Virus record (IMG/VR): IMGVR_UViG_3300025801_000025
Coordinates: 1-58,930 of that record
Direction: 5' to 3' (one strand)
DNA: 58,930 bases
DNA from: a virus
Lineage: Duplodnaviria > Caudoviricetes
The notes under the pieces are model-generated. The model had not been told where the DNA came from. It ran no database searches and was given only the letters and a program-made list of their open reading frames with translations. Of this stretch, positions 40,628-49,633 are shown in pieces. How positions within the stretch are numbered: the stretch's first letter is position 1; each line of letters starts with the position of its first letter. A program made the translations under genes and the position numbers.

Positions 40628-40875
40628 TTGTTAATCTTATACGCATCTATTAGGGCTTTCCATCTATTGTAGGTTTGTTCTCTTTTAGCGGCTAACAGGG
40701 CCGCTGTAGATGCCCTACCGGGACTAACGTCTGCCCAATACGCAGCTATTTCCTTCCCCGTTCTCCGTCGTTCGAATTGTTTATATGCTTCAAATTCCTC
40801 AAATGAAGAAAAGATTGCGTTGTATGGTCCAATTGTTGGTGGAGTTGGGTGGAATTGCAAAGTATAGGTAGTCAT
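40624..40875 (-). CDS. Hypothetical protein
   Basis: ATGA overlaps at both ends. Confidence 0.6.
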   Translation of the reverse strand: MTTYTLQFHPTPPTIGPYNAIFSSFEEFEAYKQFERRRTGKEIAAYWADVSPGRASTAALLAAKREQTYNRWKALIDAYKINK

Positions 40876-41822
40876 GTTATATCTTCTTTAGCCCTTATGC
40901 CAAGAAACACAGGATGACGTGGAGCATCTTTGGAGCCATGTAAAAGATGCTTGTATTTTACAACCTTACCTAGCATAGTGGAACGAGTCATCCAATAGTT
41001 TATTCGCTCTTCATCTGTATAGCCTGTTCCTATTTTAAATTGTACTCCGTCTGAAGTTATGCAAATGAATGCTCCTAACTTTCCACTGGGACTTTTATTA
41101 GCCTGATGGCTACTGCGTTTTGTGTAACCTAGCTCATTAGCTTCAGCCTCATTGAGGTTGTGAAGAAGCTCTTCAGCACCTATTATGGTAGCTTCGGAGT
41201 CTAAGAAGTTTTTAATCTTGAGAAGCCACCCTTGTTTGACAGTAGAGCGGCCGAACTTGTATAAGCCAAGTGGAGCTCGTACTATAGCTCCTTCTGCTCC
41301 AGCGGACAAAAGCCTATCTAGCCTAGCATCTAGTTGCACTTGGTTTTCTATTAGATATTGTGGGAGAGTCGTAATACAGACATTATCTCCTAAGATAGGG
41401 AAGCCTAGTCCAGATATAATTTTTAACCTATCTCTGAAGCAGTATGTAGTATTAAAAGCATCAAAGATTTCATAGTTAAATGCTGGATCTCCATCTCTAC
41501 TCATTATCGCAGATGAGGTTTCGTTAAAACGATTAGAGGCAGTAAGTTCTCCATCACAGCCGATTAGACTTGGTTGGTCTAAGGTGGATTGAATGTAGTA
41601 GTTTGGAATTGGTTTACCACTAGAGCTTAGAGCTATAGCGTGTTTTGCTCTGCCAAGGTATTCTTTGTGTTTAGCAGTTATGTTAAGATTGCCCTTAACC
41701 CAATCCTTTGCAGCTATTAATGCACGAATTCCGTCTATCTTTTCACTACAAAAAAGAGGGTATTGGAGCTTGTTGGTGGGGGGAGCATGCTCCCCCTTCA
41801 TTGGACAGAATTTTCTAGTCAT
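40872..41822 (-). CDS. ATP-dependent DNA ligase
   Basis: SEKIDGIR, DGEL, IFD, EGAIVR, LLKIK motifs. Confidence 0.93.
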   Translation of the reverse strand: MTRKFCPMKGEHAPPTNKLQYPLFCSEKIDGIRALIAAKDWVKGNLNITAKHKEYLGRAKHAIALSSSGKPIPNYYIQSTLDQPSLIGCDGELTASNRFNETSSAIMSRDGDPAFNYEIFDAFNTTYCFRDRLKIISGLGFPILGDNVCITTLPQYLIENQVQLDARLDRLLSAGAEGAIVRAPLGLYKFGRSTVKQGWLLKIKNFLDSEATIIGAEELLHNLNEAEANELGYTKRSSHQANKSPSGKLGAFICITSDGVQFKIGTGYTDEERINYWMTRSTMLGKVVKYKHLLHGSKDAPRHPVFLGIRAKEDIT

Positions 41823-41931
41823 TAGGACAAATGGAATCCACCATTCGTAGAAAAAGATACACTATTGGGAGAGCACAAAGAACTGCAATAGGGATATATA
41901 GGCAAGAGATGATTGCGTATAGAGTTGGCAT
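41815..41931 (-). CDS. 38-aa hydrophobic membrane peptide
   Basis: MPTLYAIISCLYIPIAVLCALPIVYLFLR...; AGG(T) RBS. Confidence 0.45.
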   Translation of the reverse strand: MPTLYAIISCLYIPIAVLCALPIVYLFLRMVDSICPND

Positions 41932-42012
41932 AATGATTACCTGCTTTTAAGTGGCGTTGTTCCGAGAACTCCTGGATCAGTTGGACAATGCTTTGTTGGA
42001 GGATGCTATCTT

Positions 42013-42399
42013 CTACCAGTCTTGTTCTGTCTCTCTGTCAATGCCACGCCAAGTACCTCTATGCCAGACTCCTTTGTGCCAAGTTCCATCTTCCCAGATC
42101 CCGTTCTCCCAAATGCCTCCATGCCAATTTCCATTTTTCCAGGTACCTCGTTTCCAGATTCCTCCATGCCACGTGCCATCTCGCCAAACTCCTCCATGCC
42201 AAACTCCTCCGTTCCAGATGCCGTTGTCCCAAATGCCATCCTCCCAAATTCCTCTGCACCAAGTCCCATTCTCCCAAATACCGTTCTCCCAGATTCCATT
42301 CTTCCAAACAATGGTGCCGTCTATTATCTCCACATCTTCATGTCTTGTGCTGGCGTTGGCTAGCCACTGAGGGCAGTTCGGAAGGTCTTTGATTTTCAT
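42013..42399 (-). CDS. W-x-x-G-x repeat protein, copy B (17 repeats)
   Basis: Leader MKIKDLPNCPQWL; AAGGA RBS. Confidence 0.85.
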   Translation of the reverse strand: MKIKDLPNCPQWLANASTRHEDVEIIDGTIVWKNGIWENGIWENGTWCRGIWEDGIWDNGIWNGGVWHGGVWRDGTWHGGIWKRGTWKNGNWHGGIWENGIWEDGTWHKGVWHRGTWRGIDRETEQDW

Positions 42400-42440
42400 G
42401 TGATTTCCTTACGTGTGATTTTCTTACGTGTTTTGTTGGG

Positions 42441-42839
42441 TTAGAATGACTTGTCTATTTTGGTTCCGTTGTGCCAAGTGCCGGAGTGCCAAGTGCCGTT
42501 GTGCCAGACTCCTCCTTGCCAAGTTCCATCTTCCCAGTTTCCGTTTTCCCAGACTCCTCCTTGCCACGTGCCACCTTGCCAAGTGCCACCTTCCCAGACC
42601 CCTCCATACCAAATTCCCCTGTGCCAAATTCCTCCGTACCAAGTTCCATTTATCCAAGTGCCGGAATTCCAGGTTCCATCAATCCAGGTTCCACTGATCC
42701 AAGTGCCGGAATTCCAGGTGCCGTTGTTCCAAATTCCCCTCTTCCAGACCACGGTGTCACCTAGCATCTCCACATCTTCATGTCTTGTGCTGGCGTTGGC
42801 TAGCCACTGAGGGCAGTTCGGAAGGTCTTTGATTTTCAT
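42441..42839 (-). CDS. W-x-x-G-x repeat protein, copy C (19 repeats)
   Basis: Same leader; 42326-42464 identical to 42766-42904. Confidence 0.85.
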   Translation of the reverse strand: MKIKDLPNCPQWLANASTRHEDVEMLGDTVVWKRGIWNNGTWNSGTWISGTWIDGTWNSGTWINGTWYGGIWHRGIWYGGVWEGGTWQGGTWQGGVWENGNWEDGTWQGGVWHNGTWHSGTWHNGTKIDKSF

Positions 42840-42976
42840 GTGATTTCCTTACGTGTGATTTTCTTACGTGTTTTGTTGGGTTAGAATGACTTGTCTATTT
42901 TGGTGAAGGTACCTCAGCGGCCAAATTTGTGGGTTGACCTGCTTAGTAGCGTTGTTCCGAGAAAACCTAGATCAGC

Positions 42977-43585
42977 TTAGTCATCCGGCATAGCACAAAA
43001 GATTTGATACACAGCTACCGCGTCAGCGTTGGCTGAGTGCGAATTGTCGAAATCACAATCGAAGAAGTAGTTATAAGTTTCCTTTAAGTTGGGGAATTTT
43101 AGGCGAGTCTTGCCTGTCTTGATGTTTGGTTTGGTTTGAGCGTTGACTCTCTCCTTATTCTCCTTCATTGTGCAGACTCCAGGTGCTTCTCGCCAGGCAG
43201 ATAAGAGAGCTACTTCCTTTGGATAATAGCGAGCGATAGCAATACTTATTATGTTTTTGTCAAATTGGAGATTATGAGCAACAAGGGAGGATCTATTATT
43301 CCATAGATGCAGGATTTCGTCAAGGACATGCTTTTCATCGCGGCCATTTAGGGCACAGTATTCAGCAGTTAGGCCATGAACTTTGAAGGCTTCGTTAGTA
43401 TCATCCCATTCCCAACCATAGGGGGTTACTACTTTTGAGGTAGACTGTTGGATATGGTTAATACCCATGTCTACCTGGAGAGCTGATAGGGCGACTAGAT
43501 GCGGTTGAGATGGGTGGGCTAAGTCTAGTTTAGAATTTACTAGGCCAGTTGTTTCTGTATCAAATATGGTGTAGAGGTTGGACAT
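42977..43585 (-). CDS. DEDDh 3'-5' exonuclease (DnaQ-like)
   Basis: FDTETTG, VAHNLQFD, HSANADA. Confidence 0.9.
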   Translation of the reverse strand: MSNLYTIFDTETTGLVNSKLDLAHPSQPHLVALSALQVDMGINHIQQSTSKVVTPYGWEWDDTNEAFKVHGLTAEYCALNGRDEKHVLDEILHLWNNRSSLVAHNLQFDKNIISIAIARYYPKEVALLSAWREAPGVCTMKENKERVNAQTKPNIKTGKTRLKFPNLKETYNYFFDCDFDNSHSANADAVAVYQIFCAMPDD

Positions 43586-44135
43586 TTGAAAGCTCTTTGC
43601 TAATAATCTTTAGCACTCTTTTGGTTAGATCATCGATGGTAGAGTCGTTGGTAATAAAGTACGTAGGTGGTCCTATATATTCTCGTGAGTCTCCTTTGAA
43701 TGAGTGTCCTGGGCGGTTGACTTGAAGGATTATTGATTTCCATTCTCCATGCTGTTGGAGACGGTTAAGGCAAGCATCTACCTCATATTGGAATCCTGCG
43801 TCACTAACGACTGCTATTATTGGATCTGGGTGCATATACTCAGCAAGGATTAATATATCCCCAGCTGTTGCTGCCCCAAAGAAATCTCTTCCAAAATAGG
43901 GTTTTATTAGGTCTTCAGAAAGAGATATGAGAAAATCTCTACCAGTTTTACCGTTGGATAGTGTTGCGGCTTTAAACCTTTCTCGGTTGTTTCCAACGAT
44001 TATGGCAGAAGCCATTTGGTATAGAATATCAGCAAACTTAAACTCTTTTACAAGCGCAATGTTGGATGCTAGTATATTGGCAATAGTATCTTTGCCACTG
44101 CCAGGTGGGCCGTTAAGGAAGATAATGTGGTGCAT
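43560..44135 (-). CDS. Deoxynucleoside monophosphate kinase
   Basis: LNGPPGSGKDT, FADIL, VSDAGF..E, DSRE. Confidence 0.82.
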   Translation of the reverse strand: MHHIIFLNGPPGSGKDTIANILASNIALVKEFKFADILYQMASAIIVGNNRERFKAATLSNGKTGRDFLISLSEDLIKPYFGRDFFGAATAGDILILAEYMHPDPIIAVVSDAGFQYEVDACLNRLQQHGEWKSIILQVNRPGHSFKGDSREYIGPPTYFITNDSTIDDLTKRVLKIISKELSNVQPLHHI

Positions 44136-44175
44136 GCCATTCTCTGAAGAAAGGCCATCCTTGGCCTGAGTTAGG

Positions 44176-44829
44176 TTAGCCTACTGAGCTAACATTCCTA
44201 ATTATATTCCTCTCTCCATATTGAGGATCACTTTCGATCCCCATGTCTAGAATGAGGTATGCCCCTTCGGTGGCGGCAATTACTTTTGGAAGGTTGGAGA
44301 AGGGCTTGGATGGGAGCTTGATAGACTCCTGAGTAGTGGGGTCTGCTGAAAGCAGCGCTACAAATCCCCCAATAGAACCATCTGGCTTTGCTTCCATAAA
44401 AGCCGATAGTCTAGATGAGACACTGAAATATTCTTCTCCTTCCTGTGTTCCAAAATAAGGATCACAAGACCCTAGCTCATAGTTGCCAGGGCCAACACCT
44501 GATAACAGCAGCTTTTGATCTCCCATTGTTGGAACTGTGCCGCGGTAATTGTTATGGAGTTTTAGACCCTTCCAGTCTCCATAGTTTTCTAGGATAGCGT
44601 TGTTCTGAGCATCAAGCTCATCATCGCCGGTCGGGAGATAGGCCATTATCTCGAATGTGGGCGCGTAGCAGATTGCATATGCTGGTTCTGTACGCTTACC
44701 CTCTTTCGGTCCCCAGTATCTCGGCAGGGTGTTGGCTTCTACAATGCGAGCAAGGAATGCCGCCTCGGGAAGAAGCTTTTTTACGAAATCTTCTTGCTTG
44801 GTCTTATTAAGGAGTGAAGTGATAGACAT
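44176..44829 (-). CDS. Putative ssDNA-binding protein
   Basis: Position after the Sak4-like ATPase; LPE.....RI start. Confidence 0.4.
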   Translation of the reverse strand: MSITSLLNKTKQEDFVKKLLPEAAFLARIVEANTLPRYWGPKEGKRTEPAYAICYAPTFEIMAYLPTGDDELDAQNNAILENYGDWKGLKLHNNYRGTVPTMGDQKLLLSGVGPGNYELGSCDPYFGTQEGEEYFSVSSRLSAFMEAKPDGSIGGFVALLSADPTTQESIKLPSKPFSNLPKVIAATEGAYLILDMGIESDPQYGERNIIRNVSSVG

Positions 44830-44976
44830 ATAATTACCTGTGATTTGTTACATGTAGTAGCTGTCGGAAAGAGTCTTGGTATCTGAGGTAGGGATCTAAT
44901 AATCTTAGTTCTAGGGCCTCCTTTGTTTGGTTAGGATTTGGAGCACGATCTCGTCTTCGACTGTGATTCTCACTTG

Positions 44977-45882
44977 TTACGCCTGTTCGCCCAACATAAA
45001 GTATTCTACTAAGCCAGTATCGATGTCGTATGTGTTTTTGGCCCTCCCAAAAAATGGTGTTTTAGGAGCGATGCCTTTGCCTGGAGTGGTGCGAAGCTCC
45101 CTAATATCATGTCTGGATAAAGTGGTATAGAGCATGTGATTGAATCCAGACGGAATAGCAGTACGTCCTTTTTGTCCGATAGATGATGGAAGCATGAGGC
45201 TATCTACGATTTCTTCTTTAAAGACCATCATACCGGTTTGGGAGTCTCTCTCAGCAGTCTCTGATGTTTTCTTTACATCATAAGAGTCTTGGTGAGCGGT
45301 TAGGATTACATCGCACCGAAGGTAGCTAAGAAGACTAAGACTATTAGATACCTCCATTTGGGCAGGGGCGTAGTCTTTATAGCCTTCCATTGAGAAGTTA
45401 AGTCGAGATGATGCGGCCATAGTGTAGGCTGCAATAGCATTTGCCATGTGGGTGAAAGAATCGTCGATTAGGATTGTGCCAGGTTTGAGGTGCTTCTCCC
45501 ATTCGGTAAAGGCTTTACGGGCAGTCATCCACGCGTCAGCCGAAACAATTCCTACTTTGCTCTTACCAGCAACACTTACTGTCGAGCGCGGATCGATGCA
45601 ATCTACAAATTCGATGTTCTCTTTGGCCGCATCATACTGCTGTTGGGTAATTTTGGTAAGTTTCTTTCCTGTAAGGCGAGCTTTAAGTTGTTCGAGGGCA
45701 ATTTCTTTGAACTTGTCGCGGCCATCGTAGTTGCGAACGAAGAGCTTTTTACCGGGCCAGCCGGGAATAAGGTCGGGAATTGCTAGTGGGATTATAAGAG
45801 AAGATTTACCTGTTCCTGAAGCGCCCATTAGAATAAGTTTGATAGCGGATCTGTTTTCTGGTTCGTCAGATAGTTTGGTCAT
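44977..45882 (-). CDS. AAA/RecA-like ATPase (Sak4-like)
   Basis: GASGTGKS, LIDDSFT, VILTAH; start at ATG 45882 (ATGA overlap). Confidence 0.75.
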   Translation of the reverse strand: MTKLSDEPENRSAIKLILMGASGTGKSSLIIPLAIPDLIPGWPGKKLFVRNYDGRDKFKEIALEQLKARLTGKKLTKITQQQYDAAKENIEFVDCIDPRSTVSVAGKSKVGIVSADAWMTARKAFTEWEKHLKPGTILIDDSFTHMANAIAAYTMAASSRLNFSMEGYKDYAPAQMEVSNSLSLLSYLRCDVILTAHQDSYDVKKTSETAERDSQTGMMVFKEEIVDSLMLPSSIGQKGRTAIPSGFNHMLYTTLSRHDIRELRTTPGKGIAPKTPFFGRAKNTYDIDTGLVEYFMLGEQA

Positions 45883-47060
45883 CGTGCTTTGCTCGGGTCC
45901 CATGTGTTTTTTACAAAGTTGGCTTTGAGTAATCTTGCCCATTCAGCTGGTGGTCTAGTGCATACGGGTAAGAATTCGCACCCGCCATAGTTGTGGCAAG
46001 AGGTTTCTTCTGCAGGCCAACGGCCTACATTAGCATACCCTACTGCTTTTATTTTTATTGTGGTCTCTAGGTCCTCTAAGAATTGGTTAAGTTCGCTCTG
46101 GGTCGAACGATAAAAGAACCTTTGGTATCGGTTAAAGTTCACCCCCAGTTGGATGCCATCAATCATCACTCCTGATGGAGGCTGAAAGAATACTGAATTA
46201 GGTTGGGAAGAAAGAATATGCGCTGCTGACAAATACACACTAAATTGCGTAGAGGGTTTGAAATTGTTGGGAAATTGAGTATCTAGCTGGCGCTTCGCTG
46301 TTTTGTAGTCGGCGATGTAGGACTCTCCCATGAATTCAACAACGCGGTCTATGTGGCCTGCAAGGTAAACGGGGATTGTGTAGAACGATTCCTTCAACTC
46401 TTCAAAACTAATATGGGACGGCAGGTCACAGTCACAAATTAATTCTCCGAATATTTTTCTTCCGCCACTGATTGTGTTGGGAAGATCGTTAAGCTCTGGA
46501 AGATTTTCTACTACATCCGCCAAACTTAGGGGAGGCAAATCATTTGTTGGAGTTAGTTTGATATGAAAAATCGGTAGCATAAAGCTGAGCTCTACCGCCG
46601 GAGAGCCATCTGGCATTATCATTGTTTTAGCTTGATCGTCCGTGAATTGATCCAAGTACCAAACAACAGACCGCATCAGAGTTTCTTTAGTGCGTTCGGT
46701 GCGGTTGGAGATAAGCCGTTCCCCAAGCAATGCAGCCAAACGCAGGACTCGGAGGAGGCTTGTTTCTTTATCAATACCGTAGGCTATAAGCCTATGCCAT
46801 GTTTCCATGCAGGTATGAAAGTATATTCCGAATTGGAGGGTAGCTGGTTTTACTTGCCAATCCCAACCCTCAATCATCTTGAAATAGTATTTACGTGGGC
46901 ACTCTTTTAAGAGGTTGATTGAGACTGAATCCCAGATGTGTTGGGTGGTTCCGATGAAGGAATTGTTGGGACGATAGAGCGGTTGCTCATCGAGGTTGAT
47001 GCTCCATTGATCTAGTGGAGTTTCCTCTATCGTATCGGCTAGGGGGAGATAGTAACTCAT
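45879..47060 (-). CDS. Cas4-like PD-(D/E)XK exonuclease
   Basis: CPRKYY, GHID, DYKT, Q...Y, C...GGCEF..VC. Confidence 0.85.
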   Translation of the reverse strand: MSYYLPLADTIEETPLDQWSINLDEQPLYRPNNSFIGTTQHIWDSVSINLLKECPRKYYFKMIEGWDWQVKPATLQFGIYFHTCMETWHRLIAYGIDKETSLLRVLRLAALLGERLISNRTERTKETLMRSVVWYLDQFTDDQAKTMIMPDGSPAVELSFMLPIFHIKLTPTNDLPPLSLADVVENLPELNDLPNTISGGRKIFGELICDCDLPSHISFEELKESFYTIPVYLAGHIDRVVEFMGESYIADYKTAKRQLDTQFPNNFKPSTQFSVYLSAAHILSSQPNSVFFQPPSGVMIDGIQLGVNFNRYQRFFYRSTQSELNQFLEDLETTIKIKAVGYANVGRWPAEETSCHNYGGCEFLPVCTRPPAEWARLLKANFVKNTWDPSKAR

Positions 47061-47195
47061 CGCTGTTTAGGGGCGTACAAAATTGTTGCCATTGTTTGAA
47101 TGCTAGTAATACTGCTGGGGGGAGTTTGTTCTGAGAAGCCAGTTGTTTGAGCCAAAATGTTAGGGCCACTTCGGCATCGGATTTGGAAGGTTGCA

Positions 47196-47462
47196 CTAGA
47201 TGATGGGCTTTTTGATTCGGAGTTTTAGGCCAGGAGGAATTTTGGCAGATACTTGTACTTTTTTGGAGGATACTCTTTTATGGGTATTTGCGATCTGTTC
47301 TTGGTTCCAACGCTCTCGTTGTTCCCTAAACCCTTTTACTAGGATTAGGAGATCTGTGTCAGTGAGATCTTTTGCCGAGCGGCGGCAGGTTTCTTCAAGA
47401 GTTTGAGGGCGGTCTGAATGGTCTAGGGGGGAGTGGTTAAGGAGGTTTGTAAAATCAGCCAT
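47196..47462 (-). CDS. Hypothetical protein
   Basis: Coupled ORF, basic C-terminus. Confidence 0.55.
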   Translation of the reverse strand: MADFTNLLNHSPLDHSDRPQTLEETCRRSAKDLTDTDLLILVKGFREQRERWNQEQIANTHKRVSSKKVQVSAKIPPGLKLRIKKPII

Positions 47463-47718
47463 GTCGTGTCATGCCCTGCCGCTCACGTTGTATAATCTGA
47501 ATTGACTGGGCCACTGTAGTGATTATTGACTCTTCAATTTGTTCTGGTGGAAGGTTGCGGTCTATGTGGGTTTTGATGAATTGGTGAAGAAGTGTTGATA
47601 TGACTTCCTTGGCTGTTATCTTTACTATCCCTGACTCGGCCCAGTATTGGAACTTGGGCCATAGGTCTTCTTCAAGAAGGACATGGATGTCATGGTAACC
47701 AGGAGTTTTACGAGGCAT
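47455..47718 (-). CDS. Hypothetical protein (possible ribbon-helix-helix)
   Basis: IHVLLEEDLW..F...A...I...EVI..LL pattern. Confidence 0.5.
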   Translation of the reverse strand: MPRKTPGYHDIHVLLEEDLWPKFQYWAESGIVKITAKEVISTLLHQFIKTHIDRNLPPEQIEESIITTVAQSIQIIQRERQGMTRHG

Positions 47719-47736
47719 GAGAAGTAGTTAGAAATA

Positions 47737-48132
47737 TTATAGAGTGTATTTAAATATAGACTGTATCCACTTCGGAGTGGGTCCCCTGGAGAATATAACT
47801 ATTCCTTTTGAATTTGGAGCATCTTTACGAGCAAGCTCCATGCTCGCACCAGTAGTTAATACATCATCAACTATTAGAGTCGGATATGATGGTACTACGT
47901 ATTTTTCTAAAGCTTCAGCAAATCTAAGCCCGCCTGTAGGAATTCCGATTACCCTGCTGAATTTGATTTTGGTTGCAACTAGTAGTGCTAAGGTTTCCAA
48001 ATCTTCTTGAGAAAGTGCATCACAATCGATTTTCCAGGATAGGGGAAGTCCAGAGTGAGATGTGAAAATCTTTTGTATTAGGAAAGGGGTTTGCATGATG
48101 AAGCCGGTGATTGCCTGCACCGGGACAGCCAA
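47737..48132 (-). CDS. Orotate phosphoribosyltransferase-like type I PRTase (start probably 48097)
   Basis: FTSHSG..L.WKIDCD, GIPTGG, LIVDDVLTTGAS PRPP motif. Confidence 0.85.
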   Translation of the reverse strand: MAVPVQAITGFIMQTPFLIQKIFTSHSGLPLSWKIDCDALSQEDLETLALLVATKIKFSRVIGIPTGGLRFAEALEKYVVPSYPTLIVDDVLTTGASMELARKDAPNSKGIVIFSRGPTPKWIQSIFKYTL

Positions 48133-48204
48133 AACTTAAATTTTGCTTGCTCGCTTGCTACTTTTTAGATTTGGTTAGACTGTACTCGTCTAAGCGCTGC
48201 TTTA

Positions 48205-48951
48205 TTACTTTAATACCACTCTTGGTCCAGCTACTACACCTTTAGCCTTTGCGAGCTCAGCCTTAGCAATATCCTTGGCAAGAACTGCCACGGCTGAAAA
48301 GTTCTCTGGAATCCTATTCCCTGCCTCATCCTTTTCCTTAGCCCACTTTGGCTTCTCACTAAAAGCCAACACTGCTTCTCCTTCGTCAGTCTCTAAGAGA
48401 CTTACATCCTCGCCTTCATAAGCTGCACTGATAATATCTTCGAAGGCTTCCAAGGGTAACTTACCTTCTGGTAGGACTTCCTTCTCTGCTTCTGGCTTGG
48501 TTTGAATACTGGTATAACCAATATTTTCGAATGCTCCGCCATAAACATAGGATCGGAAGATCTTCCGAAGTTCAGCTCGGATAACTCGTTCTTCTTCGGA
48601 CATAGTATCTTCAGCAGAGGGTGCACGAACACCGAGAAAAGAGTAAGCAGCCTCTAGGGAAAGAAATTGGTCAGGAGTGGGCAGGTCCTTTCCCTTCTCA
48701 AGTGCCTTGGTGACTTTGGCATTCCATAAATTGCCAAGGTTGGTCTTGAGGGTATTATCCAATTGGCGAGCCAAGCCGATGGGACTAATGCCTACTGCTT
48801 CCAGTAGCTCTACATTAAAGAGCTCCTTGACATTGGTGCTAAATGGAAGGTGGATAGTAACCTCAGCAGGTAATCCTGCTGCTACATATTCTTTTTCCTG
48901 ACGAACAAGAGTTGCCTCACGGGGCGTATTTGGGAAGGCTTCGAGTTTCAT
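48205..48951 (-). CDS. Hypothetical protein
   Basis: 248-aa ORF in the - operon. Confidence 0.7.
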   Translation of the reverse strand: MKLEAFPNTPREATLVRQEKEYVAAGLPAEVTIHLPFSTNVKELFNVELLEAVGISPIGLARQLDNTLKTNLGNLWNAKVTKALEKGKDLPTPDQFLSLEAAYSFLGVRAPSAEDTMSEEERVIRAELRKIFRSYVYGGAFENIGYTSIQTKPEAEKEVLPEGKLPLEAFEDIISAAYEGEDVSLLETDEGEAVLAFSEKPKWAKEKDEAGNRIPENFSAVAVLAKDIAKAELAKAKGVVAGPRVVLK

Positions 48952-48986
48952 AAACTTTTTTGATCTATCTTTGAGGGGGGAGGAAA

Positions 48987-49013
48987 GATAAGGAGGCTTC
49001 GAGCCCCCTTATC
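48987..49013 (-). terminator. Stem-loop (terminator or processing site)
   Basis: GATAAGGGGGCT-CGA-AGCCTCCTTATC followed by TTT. Confidence 0.55.
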
Positions 49014-49099
49014 GGTTGTCGCCTGGACGGCGGGTTTGGAAGCGATGCCGGGTTTCCGTTCTCGCTATGTAGATATTCTCTCTGATTTTCACCCTTCCG

Positions 49100-49633
49100 T
49101 CAAGCCTTATCGCTAATTACTTTGAGATGGTTATTGATTAAGACTGGAAGCGCTCCATTCATGGTCAGGCTGATACTACGGATAAATGCTTTCAATGTCT
49201 CCTCCGAGTTTGGGCGAATGCTCACTTTTTTGAGGAGGCGTTGTTTTATGACGCCAAAGTATGCGGGGTTATAAGGGATTCCGTCAGCATTTGTATACGG
49301 AACTGGTGTCGTAGACACTACGGCCTTACAAATGAGCAAGTTTGGAGTGGGTTGTGGGTTTTCGTGCCGACGGATTGAGAATACGTGACCGCCCGGCCGC
49401 TGGTTCATCTCCGGGGCAAGCCACGCCAGTGACCCCCATCCGTATGTTATATCATCTGCGTGATCGTATAGGAGTGATTCGAGTGCAGAATCTCTTCGCA
49501 TCCCTTCGAATTTATTACACATATATTTGACTTGTGCTTTTGTTTTGAGAATTTCTAGCGTTGCTACCGGAGAGTCGGAGTGCTCCAACTGATCAATCAT
49601 CAGTTCGGTTAGCGAGTCGGATTCCGTTTTCAT
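49100..49633 (-). CDS. Hypothetical protein
   Basis: ATGA overlap with the helicase. Confidence 0.6.
   Translation of the reverse strand: MKTESDSLTELMIDQLEHSDSPVATLEILKTKAQVKYMCNKFEGMRRDSALESLLYDHADDITYGWGSLAWLAPEMNQRPGGHVFSIRRHENPQPTPNLLICKAVVSTTPVPYTNADGIPYNPAYFGVIKQRLLKKVSIRPNSEETLKAFIRSISLTMNGALPVLINNHLKVISDKA

Larger units (their letters stand above)
41939..42977. mobile_element. ~1-kb island with two W-repeat genes, bounded by imperfect ~42-bp direct repeats
   Basis: 41939-41982 vs 42937-42977 share ACCTGCTT..AGT.GCGTTGTTCCGAGAA..CCT.GATCAG. Confidence 0.55.

Noticed and set aside
45879-47060. Cas4 as evidence of CRISPR-Cas
   Set aside because: Stand-alone phage exonuclease in a recombination module; no other cas genes or array.
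48952-49099. Possible tRNA or ncRNA in intergenic gaps (also 30784-30917)
   Set aside because: Only simple hairpins; no cloverleaf with a T-loop recognised. tRNAscan/Infernal would confirm.
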